Origin: a virus
Taxonomy: Duplodnaviria > Caudoviricetes
IMG/VR virus record: IMGVR_UViG_3300009512_002372
Span: 1 to 55,620 of that record
Length of the DNA stretch: 55,620 nucleotides
Strand: one strand, 5' to 3'
This document shows positions 10,601-20,400 of the stretch, one piece after another. Made by a program: the position numbers and the translations under genes. The notes under the pieces are model-generated. The model ran no database searches and was not told the DNA's origin. It saw only the letters and a program-made list of their open reading frames with translations. Positions within the stretch are counted from its first letter, which is position 1, and the number at the start of each line of letters is the position of its first letter.

Positions 10601-11067
10601 AGTATGTCGCTCAGGCCGACGCTTTCTCGCAGCCTACGCCACTGGCGGCAGAGCTGGCGAGCGGCATAGAATCATTCGGCAGGAAAAGCGGTCAACTCGG
10701 TGCTGCCCTCTCAAATGCAGCAAAGCAAGCGTTATCGTCAGAGACCTCTCTTAGAACTGACGATATGTTTGGTGGCGTCCCCGCTACCAGCGAGGAGATT
10801 ATCAGAGGGATCAGATCGTCCCCTTCCTCTGAACCAGTCAGCAGCAGCGAGCCTGCCGGGGTAACCCCTTCCTCTGAACCAGTCTTTGATAGTGATAACA
10901 AATCGCTGACGCAGGAACAATTAGGTAAAATACTTGTATCAGAGTCGCGGGTAAACGAGTCCACAGGTGAGTCGGAAACTGTGCAGAGAAGCGCTAAAGA
11001 AGTCATTGACGAAATAGACTCTAAAATTGAAAGCCGTCGTAAATTACTGGCGTGTGTAGGAGGCTAG
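7627..11067 (+). CDS. Large internal virion protein with a ddrB-like ParB-superfamily domain
   Basis: G/A-rich ejection-type N-terminal half; LQPRDR, YAVVEAD, NGRT and NPVLVR motifs at ~9640-10110. Confidence 0.75.
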   Translation: MITPRAMIALDARYGSRPVEELAEFTYNTFYPDYDKETFTNDFLSSQGPGLTAEDFYRLDERYKSRPSTELFDFVKDSVFDKMDAEQEATARAIFTGEAQERTWAEAGSDTVRGLAGGSNRMVAGVTGLGALAGVPGAMGVTETLEGYADRYDEGKSQGLLQKQAIAADNRERREAEGMGAVARLGAAAGDYLSDPALLMDQSATSAAYLVPGVGYAKAGQMLGRGAQAAGLTSKTRAVAEGTGAALATQIGGGVMEGADAASSARQEVKGMEHEQLLETSEMYRNLVSDNVSPTIAREMVALSASRKAFGVTAAVSTAAGKLTSKFEADILLGRGNTFGLGSVAAVGKEGLEEIFDEGGNALGVNVGIKTSADDTRALGQGVPEAAGMGLTGGLTQGAAFKAVDLVGANLSGELPERRQANDILKRARSGNSVSPAEVELALLRFPGLEREQFEASQQEWERNALLEGMSPEEVAAEIAGLDIDTTYGIEDEGSPLPFDPGVVDLDGAIDSLDTGRFITNVEVYDAMIAAAEAQGRELRLEEQLFADQVMSSALYENLVKESQSRTLAPDEVLFVEAFREQTAQLTSPSSPYAFQGAGQQVEGGVNYPAPVGLEREGTGSNLSAALDGLAARNEIQAPPGSIPLDDAQTGLFGGEDQDQGQGQEPTPEGAPNLQPRDRGREASVAQMAEIVKDLNYGRLGTGAGADEAAPMVSVKGDLPTIAEENQGSSDTVYLNGKAVEVVYAVVEADEIVASNDASGKANPAYDAPAEGQVVALQNGRTAALQSSYENQTEKVAQYRTDLEGDTRHGVNPDVIKGMKNPVLVRVYKDTDNYSGIGSDSNARGSLGQSASETATNDAASVNLGKLVVNEDGSTSLTSSSNQGFAAEFFAGIPANERAQYQTADGSYAPAFWERLQSAVFAAAYGDSNLVTLTTEATDQEGMGAIVSALNKAAADMAALNGAEGGYDIRPAVVEAALIVKQAKSKGMTVEQYVAQADAFSQPTPLAAELASGIESFGRKSGQLGAALSNAAKQALSSETSLRTDDMFGGVPATSEEIIRGIRSSPSSEPVSSSEPAGVTPSSEPVFDSDNKSLTQEQLGKILVSESRVNESTGESETVQRSAKEVIDEIDSKIESRRKLLACVGG

Positions 11068-11071
11068 CGTA

Positions 11072-11440
11072 GTGACTGACACGCTATCTAAACACTTCCG
11101 TCGCAGCGAGTTTGCCTGTCAGTGCAAGTGCGGGTTTGACACTGCTGACGCTATGCTGGTCGAGGCTCTTGAAGCAATCAGAGAACACTTTAAAGAGGCA
11201 GTCGTCATTACCTCAGCTTGCCGATGCCCGGAGCATAACGCCAAGGTCGGAGGCGCTCAGAAAAGCTCTAAGTCGGCAGGCAGTCAACATTTATACGGAC
11301 GAGCCGCAGACATTGTAGTACATCTTACAAGCCCGGCCACCGTTGCTGACTACGCAGAGAAGTTAGGGTTAAGTACGGGTCGGTACTCAACATTCACGCA
11401 CATAGATACTCGGTCTAACGGGCCGAAGCGGTGGGGATAA
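11072..11440 (+). CDS. Peptidase M15A (Zn D-Ala-D-Ala carboxypeptidase-like), probable endolysin
   Basis: HFRRSEFACQC, SACRCPEHN, SQHLYGRAADI and HIDTR motifs. Confidence 0.88.
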   Translation: MTDTLSKHFRRSEFACQCKCGFDTADAMLVEALEAIREHFKEAVVITSACRCPEHNAKVGGAQKSSKSAGSQHLYGRAADIVVHLTSPATVADYAEKLGLSTGRYSTFTHIDTRSNGPKRWG

Positions 11441-11443
11441 GTA

Positions 11444-14400
11444 ATGGCACTAGGCGATTGCCTGACAAAATTAAAATTCACTGTTACAGAGCGCGAGGCT
11501 ATCACTGCTGCGGTTAAGGCAGAACAAGAGCGCGGTGGTAAGACAGGGAAAGGCTATAAGGTCAACCGGAATGATGCCTCTAAAACTACAGTAGCAAGGC
11601 TGATAAGCAGTCTCGAAACCGAGAGAAGGCAAACGATGGATTATGCCATCGCGCGGTATGAAGCAAGAATCGGCCCCGCCTCGGACGCCGCTCCCGCCGA
11701 GATAACTTCAGATGACGTCACGGTAAAAAGAGCGTCGGACTTTAAAACATCCAAAAACTACGACGTAATACTTCCTGACGGCACGGTCACTCAGATATTT
11801 AAAGACACTGACGACGAAGGGCGCTGGCATGTGCGGGGAGAGCCTGATGGCATGCTCGGCTCTACAGACCGCGAGAGTGCGGTAGACGATCTAATTCGCT
11901 CTTACAACTCTTCAGGTGTTAGCAGTAATACACCCCTAACGCCGAAGGACTTGAAATCCAAGCGAGCGGAAGACTTCCGCGAAACTGGGACTTACATCAT
12001 TACATTCCCCGACGGCACAACGGAGCAGATTTTCCGCGACACCGAGCAATTCTCTTACCCGGTCTGGTATCGGACTGACGAACCACAAGGAGTAAATTAC
12101 GACCCCGGCATCGGCTTTACTAAGGAAGAAGCCCTACAAAGGTTAATAGACGATAGGGCAACAGCAGCCGAAAGTTCTTCAATTTTAGGCAGCAAATCAG
12201 AGCCAACTTCTCCTGCGCCTGATATGTTCGACTCTACTCCTGACTCCACACCCACAAGCACACCTAGCTCCGCAGGCGCTACTCCTGACTCCATACCCAC
12301 AGGCTCCACTCCCGAAGCAGTTAACGCAGAGACAGAAAGGGTCTTACGTCTCAACACTCTCATGGCCGCTGCGTTAGATGCCGGGAAGCTCAAAGTTGTA
12401 AATTCATCGCAGCGAGATTCTCTGGGGGCAGGCTGGGAAAGCGCGTTTGCAGATGGCGCAATGGTAGGTGCATATAATACTCGAACAAAAGAGGCGGTGA
12501 TTTTTGCTGATAGAGTCGATAACGACAGCGCGGTCTCCGTGGCTTACCACGAAATGCTGCACTTTTCTGAGGGTTATGCCAACAGTACAGGCAGCACTCG
12601 TTTTGATTTCTTGGTAGGTGAGGGGCGTACCGCGTTATACCGGCGGCTTGATCTACTGCGCCGCTTCGGAAGCGCAAGAGAGCGCAAAGTCTTAGGGGAC
12701 GCCTACGAGTTGTTTCTTGACTCAGGCGACAGCACCGCAGACCAATCGACCCGCGAGAGCGAGTGGATGGCGTATGCAATCCAAGCTATCGTCCAATCTA
12801 AATCCGACTCAAGCTGGCTCGGCGAGGCTAGGCTGGCGGTTCAAAGCGTATTGCGTAAAGTTTTAGGGATAAAGGTTACTGCTGACAACTTAAATATGAG
12901 GGAGTTTGGCAAACTTGCAGAGCTTTCTATCGCTGAGGCAATAGCACCTGAGACCACTGCCGCACCCGCGCAAGAAACTACGGGCGCGACAGATACAGAG
13001 ACAGAGACAGAGACAGAGACAGATACAGAGGCCAAGGCTGCTAAAGAGGCCGAGCTGAGAGAAGCTGAAGCTAAAAAGAAAGCCGAGAAAGCGGCTGCTA
13101 AGAAAGAAGCTGCGGAGAAGAAAGCCGCTGAGAAAGCCGAGAAAGCCGAGAAGGCGGCTGCTAAGAAAGCCGAGAAAGCTGCCAAAGAGGCGGCGCTGAA
13201 AGAAGCGCAGGCGGCGAAGAAGATCGCTGAAGAACAGCAATCCGAGCTAGAGCGACTAGCCAACATAGCCTTAATAGACGGTAAAAAAGCTGAAGCAGAA
13301 GAACTGCGTGTGCGGATTCTAGCACTTGATAAAGAGATAACAGCAGCCTCTGTAGCCTACCAAGCTCTGCTCGCGCCGAAGCCAAGCAATCCCTCTGTGT
13401 CCCCTACGTCAGACAAGGAACTGTCTGAGACGGTCACAAGCCTCGCGCAGATGGGTAAGATTCTCGAAGCGAGAATGCCCGACAGCGTACTCTCCATTCT
13501 GAGAAATCAGAAAAAGGGAGACGTCACAACAATCAGAAAGATGTTGGACGCGGTAGTCCTTGAAGAACCCTCGCTAGCCCCTCTGGCAAACCAGCTCATT
13601 GAACTCTTGGGCGACCCAGATAATTATGTCACCGTAATAAAAAAGGTGAGGCAGACAAAGGCGAATTTCCACGGGAAGTACACATTCAGCAAAAGCCAAT
13701 CGAAAATAGACTTAAATGACGCGCCGGGGTACAAGGGGTTTACTTACGAGACGTTTTTACACGAGGTCGCCCACTCGGTTATTGGTTCGCGGTATGGCGA
13801 CCTTGAGTCCTATTCAAGAGCAGCAGTTGCCCAATTTAGTAAGATCGAGTCCCTCGAATCTGCGGATGCTATAGAGCAGTTTCAAAACCTGTGGGTGGAA
13901 TTTAAAGAGGCTTTCCCCCAAGTCGCGGGTGAGCCTACTGGCGTGAGGCAAGCTCGCGGCGATATAGATGAGTTTTTTACTTGGACACTGACCGACCCGA
14001 CCTTCAGAAAATACCTAGAGGAAAGCAACTACCGAGGGATTACGCTACTACAGCGTTTTAAAGATTGGGTTAAGAATTACTTGTTTAAGGGGGCAGATAC
14101 CAATACCGCGACGTGGCTTGACGCGGCGCTGATGGGCGCAAACGATCTGATAGATGCTATGAAGCAAGACGCGCCTGATTTTAAGTTTGCAAAAAACGCA
14201 ATGTACAACACGGCAAACTTTAACGAGATGCAGAGTTTGGCACGGGCAGAGCAATTAAAGATAGATAACGAAGCTGCCGCCCGTCAGGTTAGGCTAGGTA
14301 ATATCATTTACGAGCAGACGGCTAGAAGTAAAAAGCTAGCAGACCTGACTGAGCGTGAAGATGCTCTGTACGATTTCATAGCAGAGTTAGAAAAGAGCAG

Positions 14401-17400
14401 TGCTATTCTCGGCTCGCGTCGGAAAGCTGGCGTGACGGCGTGGCACGGGTCGCCGCGTAAATACTCTGCCGAGCGTCAGGTAAAGCTCTCTAACGGTAAG
14501 ACAGAGTTTATTGTTGGCGGGATAGACCAACTGCCACCCATCCCCGCGGGCGCAACTTTGATAAAGGATTATAAGTTAGGCCGTATGCGCGTCGATAAGA
14601 TCGGCACGGGTGAGGGCAAGCAAGCGTTCGGTTACGGCCTGTACTTTGCGGAACTTAGAGGGGTATCACAGGGTTACTCGAAGGCCACTGCTTACAAAGA
14701 GGCAAGAGATACTTTTTTAGAGGCGCTGCCAGATGAAGCCGCCTTCGATGAAGTTATGGGCGAGATTGGTCAGGGTGTTTTCTCAGCAGAGCAAGAGGCT
14801 GTTTTAAAGGCTTTGGATGCGGACGATTGGCTTGGGTTTGACTACGCAGCGCAGGCTATATCTGCTGCGTATAGCTCTGACTTAGCGAACTACGACGCCT
14901 CTACAGAATTACGTCAGGCAATAGAGGACTCAGGCACGGTTTATAAAGTTGAGGTGGACGTAGACCCGGACGCTCTGCTGGACTGGGATCGACCGCTAAG
15001 TGAGCAGCCTAAAGTTGTTGACGCTTTGAGAGCCTCCGGTGTTCTCCCTGAAGGCTTTGACAGTAAAGTCCCGCACTTCGTTATGCCTGACGGGACAGTG
15101 CAGCACTACTCTAAGTTTTTAGACGCGGACGATTTGCAAGACCCTAAGACACTTGCCAAGCTCATACCCGTCCTGAAAAGGAAGTATGGCGAGGCGATGG
15201 AGCTTCGCCCCTATGGGGAGACACTCCTAGAGCGAACTACGGGGGAGCAGCTTTATACGGCTCTATCAAACCCGAAGGACTTAGATGTTACCTCTGACCG
15301 TGGCGAAATACTGACCGCTGAACAACTGCAAGGGATCACAGGGCCGAACGATATAACCGCAAGCAAGACCCTCGAAGGGAAAGGCATCCCCGGAGTGCGC
15401 TATTTAGACAGACAAAGTAGGGACGTAGGGGAAGGATCATTTAACTACGTTATTTTCGATGACGTTAACATTGAAATTACACAGCGGGACGACATACTCG
15501 CGTCGCGTACAGCGTTAGGCCAAGAAAGCCGTGGCACTGAGAAGTGGACTGCGGCCACCGCGAAGTTTGGCAAAGAGGGCATGACAAAAGAAGCGAGAGA
15601 CGCCCGAGCCGAGGAGCAAGGCTTCGACATGGAGGTCTACTCAGGTAGCACGTTTGACATCGAGGCGTTCGACGGTGATCTCGCCCGTCCTGACGGAGAC
15701 TGGGGCAAGGCGTCCTACGCTAGCACTAGCATCGAAGATGTTAACAGTAACTACGCAGGCATTGGCCCTGACCTGACGGCTCGACTAGAGCAGGAAGCCG
15801 AGAGCGTAGCAAGCATAATGGAGTTTGATGACTCTGAAAGGGATGAAATGCTGGAGCAGGCGAACATCCCACTGGAGGAATACTCACAGGACTCCGACGC
15901 GGCCCATTGGAAGATTGCCTCAGATCGAGTCGTAGGGCCAGCGGGGCAGGGCGTCGTGTACCCGCTCCGAATAAAGACTGGGAACTATGCTGTGATCCGC
16001 AGCCGCGCGTTTCCCGGCGAGAGTATTATTGAAGGAAAGGATTTCTACCAAGACGCGGAAGAAGAATTAAATCGGGAAGACTACGAAGACGATGACGCCT
16101 TTGATGACGCCATACGCGAGTACGCCGACGAGCTGTCTTATGGCTCCGACGAGTCGCTGTACACAAAGCTAACAGACGCCTTTTACAACACAACTCTGGA
16201 TATAGACGAAGAACAGTCGCAAGAGGTAGTACAGCGCGTCTTAGAAGATTACCCTGAAGGAGTTAGTGCGACAGACCTTGATCTTTTAATACGAAACACG
16301 ATCAAATATGTCTACACTAATGACGGCGAAATGGCTGGCTCAGGTGCGGTATCCTCAGAGGTGTTGAAGAACCTTGGCTTTGATGGTGTTATTGACTACA
16401 CGGTTAATACTAAATTCGGTTTTTGGGTGGGCGTTGGCATGGACGGCGTAGACGCGGACACTGTCCACGTTATGACGTTCCCCGGCAGAGAGTCCAACAT
16501 CCGATCTGCCTATGCAGCCTTTGACCCTGACAACTCAGGCAGTAGCGACCTACTAGCGTCGCGCAAAGCAACCCCTATGGGGCTGGCGTCAGCGCGCAAA
16601 ACGGCGAAGGCCACATCCTACCCGAGCCAACGGCCTTTTAAAGTTGACCTACAGGCTAAGGCGCTGGAAGAACAACAGCGCATGGGCCTAGACCTTACGA
16701 AGAACACACCCGAAGCCAACGCTTACTTAAAAGAATTAGTATTGAGCGATGCGGCTGTGGCGCTGGTCAATAACGCCAACGCGATTGGCTGGTACGACCG
16801 CACCATAACTGAAGCCATCGAGACACTGTCTCGTATCCACCCAGAGATTAAGACTGATAAAAACGCTAAGTTTGCATTTACGTTTGCACTGGCTAATACC
16901 TCCAACGGACTGAAGGTTGATAAAAACTTTGAGTTGGCTGAGAGAGCTTACTCTGAATTTAAAGAGACCGGGAAATTCCCTGTTAAGATTGGGATCGGTA
17001 CTGCTGCAAGTCAAATCAATAAGACTTTCAAAACGTATAATGAGATGGTTGCCGCCTACGGCACTGACAAAGTCAGGACTTTGTTTGACACTAAGACGAC
17101 TGTCGGCGCATTAACAAAGGCAGGCTATGAAATAACGGGCGAGTGGGTAGAGACAGAAGTTTACGGCTCTGCGATTATAGGCCCGAAGATCGGCAATGGC
17201 TTTTACTCTAACCTAAACGGAAGGTTCGACCAGCTAACAATGGATCGCTGGTTGCGCCGGACATGGGGTAGGTGGACAGGAACCTTAATCAGTAATCGCC
17301 CAGACCTTGTTGCTAAAAAGACTAAGGCGATTCAGACGCTTTTCCTTGGGATGACTGCTCAAGAAAAGAAAGCCCTGAAAGCGACGTTTAAAAGCGTCGG

Positions 17401-20400
17401 CGCTGTCCTGAAAATCGGCACGAAGAAAGACATTATCGCTACGGCCGTTGCGATACAGCAATCTTCAACGTCTAAAAAGAACCGAGATGTAATGAACGAG
17501 ACAGGCGCAGGCGATCTGTTGCGTAGGTTAGGTAACGGCCTAGCTAAAGATGTTGACGGCCAGATAGAGGCTCCCACCCCGGCTGAAAGAAACCGCATTC
17601 GCGGCATTTTCAAAGAGGCGCTCACGGAGCTGAACGAGAGCAACCCCGACCTTACTATGGCTGACCTTCAGGCACTGCTGTGGTATCCCGAGAAATTGCT
17701 GTATGATGGGGCCAGAAGTAAAGAGGAGTTTAATGATGGATACGAAGATTCGGAAGCCCCAGACTACGCAAACGCGGCCCGAAACCTCGCTGGAAAGCTC
17801 GGGGTGGGAGACAGCAATCGACGAGGTTCAGGAAGAACACGAAGTCGAGCTGGAGCTGAACAAGAAGCCGTGGACAGAAAACCTGCCAAGTCTGGAAAAG
17901 CTAAACGAGCTGCTGGGCGAAAAGTAGCCCGCGAAAAGGCAGACAGTAACGACATACTTGGCTCTCGCCGTCGCAGCGAGAATCAAAATCAAAGTAGCTT
18001 AAACGAGCTGAACGATATAATACTTGCGTCTACCCCCGGCCGTAAAAACCCCACCATAGATAACAATCCTGAGTTCTTTAAGCGGCTTATAACTGCCCGA
18101 CCTGCCCTTCTAAAACTCCTACCGCGCCGGGCGCTTCCCGAAATAGCGCCTAAAGACATGCCTGCTGCTACTGACTACCTCAGAGCAGCAGAACAGATGG
18201 ACGCAGACCGCAACCAGATTCTGGCTGACGCGGGGGAGATTCTTAACCAATGGCACAGGTGGGCGCGTAAAAACAGAAAGATGGCGACGGCGCTACACAA
18301 GCTCATGCACCATACAACGGTAGTAGGCTACGACCCGTCACGCCCCTATGTGCCTCTGATTACCGGAGATAAGTATCTCAAAGAGCGCACCAAACTCCAA
18401 AGGCGAATGGCTCTATCCGTAACCCCGGAGGATAGACTGCGCGTAGCGGGGCTGTTGAAAGCCCTCGATCAAACGTATGCCGATGAGAAGGTTCGCAAAG
18501 CTGCTAAACCCGATATTGATGTGAGGTACGCGGCGCTTAGTCAGGAAGCGAAAGGCTTATACGAAAACGTCAGAAACACATACGCTGTACAGCGCAATGA
18601 TATGTACAAGGAATTGTCAGAGCGCATAGCGCGCGCTGAAATGTCAGACTCGGTAAGAGCTTCTCTGACTGACAAGTTAAGGCTATCTTTTGAAAGCAAC
18701 GCTGTGAGAGGGCCGTACTTCCCATTAAGTCGATTCGGAGAACACTGGGTTGTAGCTAAGGACAAGACCACGGGTGAGACAATCGACTTTGCAATGTTTG
18801 AGAACCCCCGTGATGCGGCTAGGCATCGGAAGAAAATGAAGGCTTTAGGATACGACGTATTCAGAGGAGTCAAGGACAAAGACGAACACGAGTGGATGCA
18901 GGTTGATTCGACCTATGCCGCTACTGTTACCGATCTTATCAATGAAAGCTCAGACATAGACCGAAAAGCTCGGTATGAACTGGCCGATCAGGTTTGGCAG
19001 TTGTATCTTCAGACCCTCCCCGAGATGAATGTCCGTAAGCAGCACCTCCACAGAAATAAAACAAAGGGCTGGGACGAAGATGCCATGAGGGGCTATGCGT
19101 CCCTAAGCCTGCACCACGCTCACCACATTACTAAGCTGCGTTACGCCGATAGGCTAGAAGCGATACTGAAAACTGCGAAGGCTGAGGCAGCAGAGTTTGG
19201 AGATGCGAGTTACGCGCAGCGGATATATGCGCAGCTTGAGGAATCCAACGAGTGGGCAATGAGTCCGACTAATAATGCTTATGCCTCATGGCTTACGTCC
19301 TTTGGGTTTATGTATCAACTCGCGGTGTCTACTGCGGCAGCCAGTATAAACGGGCTGCAAACCCCCGCTGTCGCACTGCCTATTCTGGGAGGTAAGTTTG
19401 GTTACGGAAAGGCGTCAGCCGCTTTGCTTCGTGCCTCTACTGAGTTCGTGGGCGTAGTAGCTACCAACACAGCAATTCGAGCTAAGAAAGGGAAGGTATT
19501 TCTCGACAACGATGAGAAGTCCCACTGGTCGGTAAACCTCCAAGGAGATGAACTAGCGTTCTACGAAGAGATGGTCAGGCGTCAGCTTTTTGAAAAGACC
19601 CGTGTCCATGACCTCGCAGGGATAAGCGATGAAGGGATGGAGAGAGGGCTGGTAGGCCGCCGCTGGATGGATATGATGTCAGCGGCCTTCCACAATGCGG
19701 AAGTGTTTAACCGAGAAGTTACGGCGATGGCTAGCTATCGACTGGCACGAGCCGCCGGGAGGAGTCACGAATCCGCGCTGAACTTGGGATACAACGTAAC
19801 TCTCGACGCTCACTTCGACTACAGCAACGCGGGCCGACCTTCGGCGCTCACTTCCCCGGTGATGAAGGTTGTGGGGCAGTACAAGCAGTACGCTATAAAT
19901 ATGTCTTGGAGAATCCTGCGGGATGCCTACGTCGCAACTGCGGCTCCTGATGTATCTCCTGAAGTACGAAGGGAGATGCGCAGCCGAAGCCTCGGGATGG
20001 TGGGCATGAGCTTTTTAATGGGCGGGTTTACCGGGTTTGCAGCTTATTCTGCAATTAAAACTATCTGGAAATCTTTAGAAGGTCTGCTTGGCGATGACGA
20101 TGACCCGAGGGAGTTTGAGTCTGAGATGCGCGCTGGCTTAAAGTCTTCAATTAACAGCTTCCTCGAAGACGAAGAGTTGAGTGAGACTATAGCCGACTAC
20201 ATTTGGGTCGGCCCTCTCGACATGGCGACCGGGGCAAGTATTGGTCTTAGAGTTAGTCCTGATATATGGAGGCTGTTCATACAAGAGCAAAACCCTGCGC
20301 TAGAAGGTAGGACTAAATACGCGCACATTCTCCTTCAGGCGGCAGGCCCAGTGGTAGGCGGTACGTTTGGTATGGCGTTTGATGCTATGGAGCGTATAGG

